Shown piece after piece: positions 10,222-23,894 of a stretch of 64,000 bases of DNA; position 1 is the stretch's first letter; the number at the start of each line of letters is the position of its first letter. The stretch comes from an uncultured Planctomycetaceae bacterium (GTDB taxonomy: Bacteria > Planctomycetota > Planctomycetia > Planctomycetales > Planctomycetaceae): contig CAWFAK010000005.1 of NCBI GenBank assembly GCA_963813715.1, forward strand, positions 1,184,001 to 1,248,000. The letters are read 5' to 3'. The notes under the pieces were generated by a model. That model saw only the letters and a program-made list of their open reading frames with translations. It ran no database searches and was not told where the DNA came from. Both the position numbers and the translations under genes were made by a program.

Positions 10222-11122
10222 ATGCATCCAGAGATCCAACGGCTGATGGAGGCGCTTCGCTGCCGAATCGCGGCCAACGCTGACCTGGCCGGAGTGGACG
10301 TCCTGTCGCTGGCGAGGCCTTCAATCCGGTTAACGGCGAATCGCGTGGCCGACGGCTCGCTCGAGCAGGGCGCGTCGAGAATTGGCGGCACGCCCGATGT
10401 GCCTCCCCAATGGGATTGGCCCCGTTGGATGCCGACGAAGACTTCCAAGTTGCGATCCCATCCGGGTCACCCCGCGCCGCTGGGCTTCATTGCGCAAATC
10501 GACCTGTCGACCTTGCCGAGCTTCGACGACTCGTTGCCCGACGCAGGCTGGCTGTACTTTTTTTATGACCGCTACTGCGAGCCCTGGGGCTTTGACCCGG
10601 ACGATCGGGGCGCGTGCCGGGTTTTCTATGTGACGGGCGAGCGCTCGAGACTCGTGCGAGCCGAGTTGCCGTCGGACCTGGACGAAGGGCATCGGGCGCA
10701 GCCGTGCGCCGTCGAGTCGCGGTTGGACCTGACGATCGCCGACAGTCCAGAGGATCTCGATTGTCAGAGCCCGGCCTTCGATGCCTATTTCAACTTCGTC
10801 GACGAGTTCACCACGGAACTAGGCCCGGCACAGCATCGAATGCTCGGTCCGGCCCAGAACATTCAAGGAGAAATGGAACTCGAGTGCCAATTGGCATCGC
10901 ACGGGATCTACTGCGGGAACGCTGACGGATTCGAGTCGGAACTGCGCACAGCGTTTGCGAGAAGGGGCCCGCGACTGGCGGCTTCTGCTGCAGATCGACA
11001 CCGACGAAGAGGGGCCGCGATGGATGTGGGGAGACGTCGGTCGCATCTACTTCTGGATCAAGCAACAAGACCTGCGTTCATTTCGATTCGACGATGTGTG
11101 GCTGATTCTCCAATGCGGCTAG
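10222..11122 (+). CDS. YwqG/DUF1963 family protein; frameshift near 10960
   Basis: SRIGGTPDVP, PLGFIAQIDL, GWLYFFYD and HRMLG; the other frame gives WRLLLQIDTD..WMWGDVGRIYFWI..LQCG*. Confidence 0.85.
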
Positions 11123-11268
11123 GCACTGATTCGGCTAGGCACTGTGGCCGATCCTGCAGTGGCACCCAATGCCTCATCGTCGCGTGCCGCGGATCCTTTC
11201 CCCGTCTCGGCGAATTCGCCGGGATCCGCTCGATGAAACAACAAGTCCCGTCCCGTTGCGTATGGATC

Positions 11269-13074
<1,806 letters not shown>

Positions 13075-13106
13075 AACTGGCGATCCGTCTGTTACTTGGT
13101 TTCGAC

Positions 13107-14670
13107 TCAGCCCAGACGGCTGAGGGCCCGATCGATGCGGTTGAGCGAACGCTGCCGCCCCAACAAGCCCAGGCATTCGAACAAGCCGGGGCCGGTCGAC
13201 TTGCCTGTGACGGCCACGCGCAACGCATGAATCAGGTCCGCCGGCTTGATCTTCTCGGAATCGACGAACGTGCGAAAGGCCTCTTCGATCGGCCCGGCCT
13301 CGAACGGCTCGATTGACGTCAGCCGCTCGCGAAAGCGCTGCAGCCTATCGGGCGTTCCTTCCGGCGTCATTCGCTTCTGGAACGTGGCTTCATCGTATTC
13401 GAGCGCCTCGTCGGCAACGAAGAAGTCGCGGGCTTCCAAGATGTCGCTGGAAACCTTGAGCCGTTCGCCCAGCGTCTGCACCACGCGGGCCACGTACTCA
13501 CGCTCGGCCGCATCAGGCGAATGGAGCGACGAGCTTCGCCGCGATGAGATAGGGCAGCACGCGGGCGATTTTCTCCTCGAGCGTCAGTTGCCCCATCCAG
13601 TGCGTTTGAAAGCTGTAGAGCTTATCGGGGTCGAGGCCGGCTGGATTTTTCACGATGCGGTCGAGTGTGAAGTTCTCGACGATCGTCGCGCGGGTCATGA
13701 ACTCGGTGCGATCGTCGAGCGACCAGCCCAGCCGGGCCAGCGAATTGAAGACGGCGTGCGGCAGGAAGCCGATCTTCTCGTAGTACTCGACCATCACCGG
13801 GTTGAGCGTTTCTGAATTGCCCAAGCCGATCTGCGGAAAGACCCGGTCGGCGTCCTCGAACATTTTGCGGAACTTGGGGTTCTCGCGATATTTTTTGATC
13901 TCGCGTTTGCTGAGCTTTTTCGTCGTGCCGGGAGCCGTGACGAACGGGATGTGGGCGAAGATCGGCAGCGTGTGGCCCAGCGCCTGGTGCATCAGAATCT
14001 GCGGAGGCGTATTGGACAGGTGCTCTTCGGCCCGAATGACGTGCGTGATTTCCATCGCCGCGTCGTCGACGACCGTGGCGAAGTTGTAGAGCGGCGTGCC
14101 GTCGCCCCGCATGATCACGGGATCAGCAATCAGCGACGCGTCCCATTCGACATGACCACGCACAACGTCGTCGAGCGCGACCGTGGTGCCCCGCGGTACG
14201 AGGAAGCGAATCACGTACGGCTTCCTCTCGGCGACGAGTTTCTCCACCTCGGCATCGCTCAGCTCGAGCGACTTGCGGCTGCTGATAAAGGGTCGCTTCT
14301 CTTTGTCGGCCGCCTCGCGCTGCTGCTGAACTTCGGCCGGCGTCTCGAAATCGCGATACGCTTTCTTGTCCTTTAATAGGCGGTCCGCGGCCCGCTGATA
14401 GATCTCGCCGCGCTGCGACTGAAAATACGGCCCGTGCGGCCCGCCGATCTCGGGGCCTTCGTCCCAGCCCATGTCGAGCCACTTGAACGCAGCCAGAATC
14501 GGCCGCAGGGCCTCGTCGTTATTCCGCTGGCGATCGGTGTCGTCGATCCGCAGGATGAACTTGCCGCCGGTGTGCCGGGCCCACAGCCAATTAAACAGGG
14601 CCGTGCGCATGCCGCCGATGTGCATGTACCCGGTGGGGCTGGGGGCAAAACGAGTGCGAACTTCGGACAT
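13107..14670 (-). CDS. gltX: Glutamate--tRNA ligase; frameshift near 13520
   Basis: [37 protein letters not shown] and KKLSKR; anticodon domain [16 protein letters not shown] in ORF 13107-13493. Confidence 0.96.
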
Positions 14671-14877
14671 GCGTTTGGTCTAAGGCAGCGCTTGCAAGCG
14701 GACCGGATTGAAACGATCAAGCACCATCGGGCTCACGCCCGACGCTCGCCGGGTCGCTGAGCTTGGCGAGCCGCCAGCGTGAGCTGGCGGGTGCTTCGCG
14801 TTCGTAAGGCAACAAGGCCGGCGCGATGATAGGAGAGCAACAATTGTCGGGCAAGAGCGTAGGAAAGGGGAGTGCGC

Positions 14878-15477
14878 TTAGGCGTCCCGAGGAATTGACG
14901 GCGGAATTTCATCGTTGCGTGGTTTTCTGACGTGGTGCAGGCGCGAGCGATCGCTCGCGCCGAACGTCCGGTAGTTCTGTCTGGCTTGGCTCAGGCTCAG
15001 CGCAAGATTCGGTCCGCCAAAAACGACGTCCGCATCGACGTCACCCTGGCCGTCGTCTTCCCAAAAGCAAACGGCACAGATCTCGTACCCGCCGCGTTCG
15101 CCCAAGGTCAGATACCCGCAGCAGGGACAGGGATAGACGAAACGAAAGCTCCAACTCGCGTCCGTGTCCGAGCGATCCAGGGACGCCACACCCGCAAGCC
15201 GACGACCGCTGAAACTTACGAGGACGCGATCAGGTGCTAATACGATGACCTCATATTCTCCCGCATCCCAGCGCTCGACGGTCCCCCGGCCGCCGCTCAC
15301 CCGGCCCTCGTAGTCGAGGTACGTCAGTCGATGGTCGGGCAGCGCCTCGGCAACGATCGAGCCCTTGGAATCAGGTGGTTTCTTCAGTCGCCATGTTCGC
15401 AGAGAATCCCCCTGTTCCAGCATCAAATCCCAATGCAGGAACGGATGATCGTGGGTCAGGACGACGAAGCGGGGCAT
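14878..15477 (-). CDS. LigD 3'-phosphoesterase-like domain fused in frame to a CPCC cysteine-rich domain
   Basis: MPRFVVLTHDHPFLHWDLMLE..LRTW..DHRLTYLDYEG..GTVERWDAGEY, then YPCPCCGYLTL..YEICAVCFWEDDG..GPN..SLSQARQNY. Confidence 0.75.
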   Translation of the reverse strand: MPRFVVLTHDHPFLHWDLMLEQGDSLRTWRLKKPPDSKGSIVAEALPDHRLTYLDYEGRVSGGRGTVERWDAGEYEVIVLAPDRVLVSFSGRRLAGVASLDRSDTDASWSFRFVYPCPCCGYLTLGERGGYEICAVCFWEDDGQGDVDADVVFGGPNLALSLSQARQNYRTFGASDRSRLHHVRKPRNDEIPPSIPRDA

Positions 15478-15500
15478 CGGTTTTGGAAACGAAGAATTGA

Positions 15501-15590
15501 GGGTGGCACTGGCGGCTCGTCCGCCAGTGTCTTCCTGTATTCGGGCACAAACCACATAAGACACTGGCGGACGAGCCGCCAGTGCCACCC
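15501..15590. repeat. Perfect 33-bp inverted REP pair
   Basis: gggtggcactggcggctcgtccgccagtgtctt (15501-15533) is the exact reverse complement of 15558-15590. Confidence 0.9.
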
Positions 15591-15634
15591 AATGCAACTT
15601 CCCCGAACTCGCCGCAGGGGGCGACCGAGGGTGC

Positions 15635-15650
15635 TGGTACACCCTTTGCA
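15635..15650 (+). promoter_or_regulatory. Sigma54 -24/-12 promoter of glnA
   Basis: TGGTAC-ACCCT-TTGCA (GG-N10-GC), 62 bp upstream of the glnA ATG. Confidence 0.75.
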
Positions 15651-15711
15651 CCCCGCTTATCATAAACAACTGTGACAGTCGGGGTGCGCGCGTTTGATTA
15701 GCCGAGGGCGA

Positions 15712-17121
15712 ATGACTCCCAAAGAGGTTTTGGCGCTGTGCCGCGAACGTGAAGTTCGCGCCGTCGATCTGCGGTTCATGGATTTTCCGGGGATGCCCAA
15801 GCATTTCACCATCCCCGTCCAGACCCTGAATGAACGCAGTTTCGAGGAAGGTTTCAGCTTCGACGGGTCCTCCCTCCGCGGCTGGCAGGCCATCAACGAG
15901 AGCGACATGCTCGTCGTGCCACAGCCGGAAACGGCGATGGTCGACCCGTTCATGCATCACACGCTGGCGATGACCTGCAACATTCAGGACCCCATCACCC
16001 GCGAAGATTATGCCAAGGATCCGCGCAACGTTGCCCGGAAAGCAGAAGCCTACATGAAGTCGACGGGCATCGCCGATCTGGCGAATTTCGGCCCGGAGGC
16101 GGAATTCTTCGTCTTCGACGGCGTCCGCTTCGACCAGAACGAACACGAATCGTATTACCACATCGACAGTGCCGAAGGGCAGTGGACGCGCGGGAAAACT
16201 GGCAACGGCAACGCCGGCTATAAAATCCGCTACAAGGAAGGCTACTTCCCCGTCCCGCCGGCCGACACGCTGCAAGACGTTCGCACTGAGATGATGCTCG
16301 CCCTGCAAGAGTGCGGCGTCGAGGTTGAGGCCCAGCATCACGAAGTCGCCACCGCCGGCCAGTGCGAAATCGACATGAAGTACGGCCCGCTCCTGCGCAC
16401 GGCCGACAACCTCATTCGCTACAAGTACGTCGTCAAGAACGTAGCCGCCCGCCACGGCAAGACGGCCACTTTCATGCCCAAGCCGGTCTGGAACGACAAC
16501 GGCTCCGGCCTGCACCTACATCTGTCGCTGTGGAAGAAAGGCGAGTCGCTCTTCGCCGGCTCGGGCTACGGCGGCTTGAGCCAGATGGCCCTCTACGCCA
16601 TCGGCGGCATCCTCAAACACTCGGCCTCGCTCTTCGCCTTCTGCTGTCCGACGACCAACAGCTACAAGCGGCTCGTCCCCGGCTTCGAGGCGCCGATCAA
16701 CCTCACCTACAGCTATCGCAATCGCTCCGCCGCCATCCGCATTCCCGTGCACGCACCGAGTTCGGCCAACAAGCGAATCGAATACCGCTGCCCCGACTCG
16801 TCGTCGAATCCGTACCTCGCCATGTCCGCCGTGCTGATGGCGGCCCTCGACGGCATCCAGAACAAAACCACGCCCGGCCCGCCGCTCGACAAAGACATCT
16901 ACGACCTGGCCCCCGAAGACCTCGCCGGAGTCCCCGGCGTTCCCATGTCGCTCGAAGAAGCCCTCGCCGGTCTGCGGAAGGACCACGACTACCTCCTCCG
17001 CGGCGACGTCTTCACCGAAGACGTGATCGACACGTGGATTTGGTACAAAACCACCTACGAAGTCGAAGCCCTCCGCCAGCGACCCCACCCCTGGGAGTTC
17101 GCAATGTATTTCGACATCTGA
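15712..17121 (+). CDS. glnA: Type I glutamine synthetase
   Basis: FDGSSLRGW, GPEAEFF, HHEVATAGQCEI, ATFMPKP, NGSGLHLH, NSYKRLVPGFEAP, NRSAAIRIP and RIEYRCPD. Confidence 0.98.
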   Translation: MTPKEVLALCREREVRAVDLRFMDFPGMPKHFTIPVQTLNERSFEEGFSFDGSSLRGWQAINESDMLVVPQPETAMVDPFMHHTLAMTCNIQDPITREDYAKDPRNVARKAEAYMKSTGIADLANFGPEAEFFVFDGVRFDQNEHESYYHIDSAEGQWTRGKTGNGNAGYKIRYKEGYFPVPPADTLQDVRTEMMLALQECGVEVEAQHHEVATAGQCEIDMKYGPLLRTADNLIRYKYVVKNVAARHGKTATFMPKPVWNDNGSGLHLHLSLWKKGESLFAGSGYGGLSQMALYAIGGILKHSASLFAFCCPTTNSYKRLVPGFEAPINLTYSYRNRSAAIRIPVHAPSSANKRIEYRCPDSSSNPYLAMSAVLMAALDGIQNKTTPGPPLDKDIYDLAPEDLAGVPGVPMSLEEALAGLRKDHDYLLRGDVFTEDVIDTWIWYKTTYEVEALRQRPHPWEFAMYFDI

Positions 17122-17141
17122 GATCTGAGCGGAGCGGAACA

Positions 17142-17183
17142 TTCCGGGGGCTTCCGCAGAGCGGAGCGCCCGGGCCACCCGTC
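17142..17183 (+). repeat. REP family B (GGGGCTTCCGCAGAGCGGAGCGCCCCGGCCACCCGTC)
   Basis: Near-identical copies at 19262-19298 (reverse), 19386-19425 and 20051-20090. Confidence 0.85.
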
Positions 17184-17415
17184 GCGCAGCGCACGTACTC
17201 CAGTCTCGCGAGCGCGCACGTAGCCCGGCGAGCCTCCAGCGTCAGCTGGAGGGTGCTTATTCTTTATCTTCCTCTCCCACCGCGCCCTTCAGCCTCCGCA
17301 AAGCTTCGCCGCATCTGTCACACGCATCGAACGAAATTCTTGGGAAAACCCGCCCAGCGGCGATACGATAAATCGCGCCGCCGGTTCGTTCGATCCGTGA
17401 AGAGGAGGACTCGCC

Positions 17416-18290
<875 letters not shown>

Positions 18291-19131
18291 GCAGCAACAG
18301 CTCGGGCAGCGCACCGACCCGGACTTTGACGTTTCCGTCGCCCACCCGGCCTACACCGACCAAACACCCCACGGTGCTGTTCGACGAAGCTCACAATAAC
18401 TTCCACACGGCCAGCGGCCGCTACAAAGTCTTCGCCGACCTGATTACCAACGACGGCGTCCGCGTGACGCCGAATAGCGACTCCCTCACGCCCGAGCTGT
18501 TGGGCAAATACGACGTCTTCATCACCGCCAACGCGCCGGCCAAGTCGGAGGAGTCGCCCTCCGCGTTCACGCGCGGCCGAGTGCGACGCGGTCGAGAGCT
18601 GGGTGCGAAACGGCGGCGCCCTCTTGCTGATCACCGATCACGAGCCGTTCGGCTCCGGCTCGGACGAGCTCGGCAAACGGTTCGGCGTCGACATGAGTCT
18701 GATGGTCAGCGTCGATCCGAAGAACGAGACCAAGAACGGCCTGCTCTTCTCCCGCGAGAAAAATCTGATCGGCGACCACCCGATCATGAATGGCCGCGAT
18801 CAGTCCGAGCGGATCAACCGCATGCTCACCTTCACCGGCCAGTCACTCAAAGGCCCGGCGGAGAGCGTGCAGCTCCTCAAATTCTCCGACACGGCGACGG
18901 ACTATGGGTTACGGCCGGGGCCGCAAAAAAGTCTCAGCCGCCGGCCGCGCGCAAGGCATCGCCTTCAAGTTCGGCAAAGGTCGAGTGGTGGTGATGGGAG
19001 AAGCCGGCGACCTCTCGGCCCAGATCTACGGATCCGATCCGGTCGGGAAGATGGGCATGAACGTCCCCGGCTGCGACAACCGCCAATTCGCCCTCAACAT
19101 CATCCACTGGCTGACCGGCCTGATCGACTGA
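18291..19131 (+). CDS. DUF4350/GATase1-like domain; frameshifted
   Basis: DPDFDVSVAHPAY, VLFDEAHNNFHTASGRY, WVRNGGALLLITDHEPFG, GKGRVVVMGE and DNRQFALNIIHWL. Confidence 0.7.
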
Positions 19132-19173
19132 CCGCCGCGGGCCGAATCATCGACGCCGTCCGCATTTCATCTT

Positions 19174-19214
19174 CCCCCCTCTCCCCTTGCGGGAGAGGGG
19201 CCGGGGGTGAGGGG
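19174..19214 (-). repeat. REP family A palindrome; unoccupied IS110 target
   Basis: Minus strand reads cccctcacccccggcccCTctcccgcaaggggagaggggg. Confidence 0.9.
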
Positions 19215-19261
19215 TAGGCTGCAGAGCCCGCGAGCGTCCCGTCTCATGTGCCACTGGCGAC

Positions 19262-19425
19262 CGGGTGGCGGGGGCGCTCCGCCTTGCGGAAGCCCCCGAG
19301 GCCTGGCGGGTTAGATTCCTGGACTCGGGTGATACTCCGCTTTCAACGGAGCACGCATTTCCTTGGCCGTCGTCGAATCGAACCCTCCGGGGCTTCCGCA
19401 GAGCGGAGCGCCCCGGCCACCCGTC
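19262..19425. repeat. Inverted pair of REP family B
   Basis: 19262-19298 is the approximate reverse complement of 19386-19425. Confidence 0.8.
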
Positions 19426-19452
19426 CACAGAGCGGCCCAGCCCCGCGTCCGC

Positions 19453-19715
19453 TCAGTCCCCGTTGATCCGCCCGAAAAGAGCGTCGCGCATCCGGCCGTC
19501 TTTGCCGGCACTGGCCCATTTCGTTCGATACTCGGTGGCCAGCGCGCGACGTTGGACAATCTCGTAGTCGCTCGTCGGCACGGGAAGCCGGGCAAAGGAG
19601 GTCAGGTCCGCTCGAATCGAGTCTTTGCGGGCTCTGGTCATTCGTGGCCGCAATTTGCTGATCAGCGCCCTCGCGGAGTTCCTTCTTGAGCGTTTCCCAA
19701 TCTTCCGCCGACATC
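19453..19715 (-). CDS. Small hypothetical protein, probably frameshifted
   Basis: MSAEDWETLKKELREG.. (GAGG RBS upstream) may join ..KDSIRADLTSFARLPVPTSDYEIVQRRALA in another frame. Confidence 0.3.
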
Positions 19716-19891
19716 GACAGTCCTCTTAATGGCATCTCGCGGAATTGTCCGCGTTTCGAAGGCCGAATCATATCGCCCCCGTTCTACGCCCGCCATGACA
19801 GGGTGGTCGCACGTGGACACCCAGCGCGGCTGCTAACAGACCCGGCGAGCCCGCAGTGTCAGCTGCGGGGTTCTTATCTCGTCTTCTCCTG

Positions 19892-19947
19892 AGGCCGAAC
19901 GGGCCGAGACAGCTATAGCCCAGGTCGGAGCGCAGCGCAGGCCTGGG
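19892..19947 (+). repeat. REP family C (..AGCTATAGCCCAGGTCGGAGCGCAGCGCAGGCCTGGG)
   Basis: Inverted similar copy at about 24013-24069. Confidence 0.7.
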
Positions 19948-19972
19948 AACCCGAGCCACCACCATTTCATTT

Positions 19973-20014
19973 CCCCCCTCGCCCCTTGCGGGAGAGGGGC
20001 CGGGGGGTGAGGGG
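19973..20014 (-). repeat. REP family A palindrome; unoccupied IS110 target
   Basis: Minus strand cccctcaccccccggcccCTctcccgcaaggggcgagggg matches the rejoined flanks of IS copy 2 apart from C-run length. Confidence 0.9.
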
Positions 20015-20107
20015 TCGTCGCTGTAGATGTCCACGTCGCCGAAGCGTAAATTCCGGGGCTTCCGCAGAACGGAGCGCCCAGCCACCCGTCCGCCCGCGTC
20101 AGGAGTG

Positions 20108-20335
20108 ATGATGCCGAAGAAGCCGAGAATCAGGGCCTTAGTCAAGTTCGACTTCGACCAAGTAGCGGTGGAATATCATCGGAAGTATCCGTTCTCCAGC
20201 GAGGACCGGTTCGTTTATTTAGGAGACATTCTGCAAATGGGAGGGCACTCGATCGTCGTGCGGCTGAGCGACGGCCGAGTTTTCTGCGGTTACCACACCG
20301 AGAATTTCGTCGAGCTCAAGGAGGACGAATGCTGA
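20108..20335 (+). CDS. Small hypothetical protein (about 75 aa)
   Basis: AGGAG RBS before ATG; protein-like sequence YPF..FVYLGDILQMGGHSIVV..GRVFCGYHTENFVEL. Confidence 0.65.
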   Translation: MMPKKPRIRALVKFDFDQVAVEYHRKYPFSSEDRFVYLGDILQMGGHSIVVRLSDGRVFCGYHTENFVELKEDEC

Positions 20336-20565
20336 CCGCAATTTTCGAATGTCGCCGAGCAACACACCTCGCACCCACTACTGCCGCATCGATATCCGCG
20401 CCAAGGAAAGTTGGTCGCTCTGGTTTCCGACGCTGCTTGCAGTCAAGAATTTGCACTAGGTCGCTGGCGTTCGTGAGCGATTTTCCGGAGGGCGGCCGAA
20501 CATAATGCGCTGGTTCTGGGTCAAAGTCTCAGCGGCTCGGCTTCTCTTACAGCAAAGGTGCTGAA

Positions 20566-21675
20566 TTGCTATTTGACGACATCCAGCGGTCCCACCTCGG
20601 GACCAAGCGGGATCGCGAACCGCCCTTCGAGTTTCTTAATCGCAGTGCGCGCCCAGCGGTCGCAAAAGTGCGGAACCTCCTTGAGTCATGGTTCGCCAAT
20701 CTATCCGAATGCGACAAAAATAGGCTGAAACGCGACTTTCAGAACAAAGACGATCGCCAATTCAAAGGCGCCTTCTTCGAACTTTATGTCCATGAGTTGC
20801 TTAAAAAGACCGGCCATTCGGTCGCCGTTCATCCCTCTTTGAAGAACACAACACACAACCCGGATTTTCGGGCGACGCCTATCGTCGGTCCGCCCACGAT
20901 CGTGGAAGCCACTGTTGTAACAGAACAATCGAATGAGGCACGCCGTCTTGAATCACACACGAAGTCGGTCGAGGACGAGATAAACGAGCGGTTGCATTCC
21001 AGCGATTACCTGCTCCAACTGGAGATCAATGGGTCACTGAGTGAAAGTCCCGCTATGGGAAAATTGTGCCGCTCGATTGGCAAGCATCTGGAGTCCCTCA
21101 ACTACGAAGAGGTTCTGTCGCGATTCGACGCTGGGGTGCACGAAAGGCTCGAGTTTCGATTGAATCGCGATGGGTCGACGGCAAGTGTCACGGTCATTCC
21201 TAAACCACGAACGATTCGTGTCATCAGCCCCAACGAAAATATAGTCGCATTTCCCCAAATCAAATGGTTCTGTGTCACATCCCGCGCCGCGATCCGCAAC
21301 GCGCTGAAAAGGAAGGCACGCCACTATGGTACGATCGCAGAGTCCTACGTTATCGCTGTCAACGTGGTGAGCGAGGAAAGCGACGAGGAAGAGCTTGTCA
21401 AGGCGATTTACGGCCGCGAGGGCCTCTGGCCGTCGGGGCGCGCAGTGCATACGCGTGTAAGTGCAGTGCTTGTCCTTGCTCACTTAAACCCGTATTCCGT
21501 CGCAACGTCACAGCCACGTCTATTTCACAACCCACATGCGTCCACGCCTTATTTCGGGCCCCTTGCGATTGTGACGCAGGTATTCGTTCATCGTGGCCGT
21601 CTTCGTTCAATCGAGGGCACGGCGGCGTGGCAAATCTTCGGACTAAGCCGCAACTGGCCGCGAGGCGGCGTCTAA
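20566..21675 (+). CDS. Hypothetical protein of lower GC with a PD-(D/E)XK-like motif
   Basis: 369 aa intact ORF with atypical codon usage; AFFELYVHELL..NPDFRA..IVEAT. Confidence 0.7.
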   Translation: MLFDDIQRSHLGTKRDREPPFEFLNRSARPAVAKVRNLLESWFANLSECDKNRLKRDFQNKDDRQFKGAFFELYVHELLKKTGHSVAVHPSLKNTTHNPDFRATPIVGPPTIVEATVVTEQSNEARRLESHTKSVEDEINERLHSSDYLLQLEINGSLSESPAMGKLCRSIGKHLESLNYEEVLSRFDAGVHERLEFRLNRDGSTASVTVIPKPRTIRVISPNENIVAFPQIKWFCVTSRAAIRNALKRKARHYGTIAESYVIAVNVVSEESDEEELVKAIYGREGLWPSGRAVHTRVSAVLVLAHLNPYSVATSQPRLFHNPHASTPYFGPLAIVTQVFVHRGRLRSIEGTAAWQIFGLSRNWPRGGV

Positions 21676-21779
21676 CCTCCAACGTACCCGTCCTAATCGT
21701 GAGTCCCAACCGGCAGAGATCTCTTGCCCAGGGTCAGCGTAGGAGGTTTTCCCGAGCCGCCCGATCCATCTTCTTGAAC

Positions 21780-22011
21780 CCCAGCGGGGCGACAGAGGAT
21801 AGCCCGGTGTGTAACCCTGGGATCTCGGACGGTGGATTTCGCCTTGAGCCGCGCGAGGGGCGGCAGAGGCAACGTCGGGCCGGTGCGCCTTCACGCAACT
21901 CGTCGCAAAACAAAACTCTGTCGCCCCTCCCGGGGCTTTGGAGATTCTCTTCGGCCTCCGTTACCCAGCGTTGAAACGCTGGGCTATTTTCTGACGCCCC
22001 TGGGCGGGGCT
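21780..22011. repeat. REP family D cluster (CCCAGCGGGGCGACAG.. / CTGTCGCCCCTCCCGGGGCT / CCCAGCGTTGAAACGCTGGGCTA)
   Basis: Several mutually inverted palindromic units. Confidence 0.65.
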
Positions 22012-22168
22012 CGAATTCAGATTCGATGCGGCAGTCCACTCGCTGACGGCCCGCGTCGGCGATCCCGGAATCCGAGAAAACTGATCTTGGACGGATCTCG
22101 GTTTTGTGGCTGAATGGAGAGAGCGGATCTCGGCGCGAGCGATTGAGTGCGCACGGAGGGCACAGACA

Positions 22169-22663
22169 GTCCAGAGTCCAATGTCCAAAGTCCAAGGTCG
22201 AGAGGGACGGGACACAAATCACCCTCACCCCGACTCTCTCCCATCCGCAAAGCGGACGGGCGAGGGGGAAGAGAAGTCCGCAGGCAAGCGCAGCCCGCGA
22301 GGGATAAAGATCCCCGCCGGGGACGAATAAGGACGCCCGCCGCGGGGTGGGGATCCTTTTTTCACACAGAGTCGAGGGAAAAAAGATCCCCGGCGCGGCG
22401 GGACAAGTTGTCCCGCCGGGTCCGCCAAAAGTGGTCCCGCCGTGACGGGACTCTCACAATTGATATAAGGGGGGTGGACCCACCGACGCGAGTCCCACCG
22501 GTCAGTGTCGATCCGTTGAGTGGCGATCCGGCCCGGCAATCGGGACGGGACTCGGGGAAGTCCAATGTCCAAAGTCCAAGGTCCAACGTCGCAATTCCGA
22601 CTTTGGACTTTGGACCGCGGGACTTTGGACCCACGCTGGGACGGGACACGTTGTTTCACCGAG
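22169..22663. repeat. GTCCAAA-type heptamer arrays, GGGACGGGACAC units and a REP-A variant
   Basis: Perfect 25-bp direct repeat agtccaatgtccaaagtccaaggtc at 22175-22199 and 22559-22583; inverted heptamers at 22599-22630; REP-A variant at 22222-22268. Confidence 0.85.
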
Positions 22664-22740
22664 AAAAGCCCGGAGAAAACGGCCCCCTCACCCCGGCCCC
22701 TTGTATGTTGAAAAAAGATCAATCTGCGCATTTGATGGTG

Positions 22741-22936
22741 ACAGCTGTGGGAAGGCTTGCGAAGCGTAGCGAAGCAAGGTTTCCCACAGCGGCCGGCGGT
22801 AGATCGTCCGCCCTCAGGTCCAAGAAGACCGTGGGAGAGCTGGATCGCCGCCGGTCTCATGAGATCAGCCCGAACAGCCGTCAGAGCCGTCGTGGCGCCA
22901 GTCGCCGCTCGAGCTCGCATTCGCAAGGACGGGACA
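22741..22936 (+). ncRNA. Predicted IS110 bridge RNA, copy 1 (ends approximate)
   Basis: 5' hairpin 22744-22790; target loop with TCCGCCCT (22807-22814) and TGGGAGAG (22832-22839); donor loop with ACAGCCGT (22874-22881) and GCAAG (22923-22927). Confidence 0.85.
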
Positions 22937-22941
22937 TCGTC

Positions 22942-23894
<953 letters not shown>

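Noticed and set aside
11116..11144. 13-bp direct repeat cggctaggcactg as a target-site duplication
   Set aside because: The copies are only 3 bp apart with nothing inserted between them, so this is a local micro-duplication.
22169..22663. Possible CRISPR array
   Set aside because: The repeats are heptamers and irregularly spaced REPs. There is no constant repeat-spacer period and no cas gene in the window.
22147..22941. Long N-terminal extension of the IS110 transposase (473-aa ORF)
   Set aside because: It is read-through of repeats and the structured left end. The family N-terminus starts at ATG 22942, as in copy 2.
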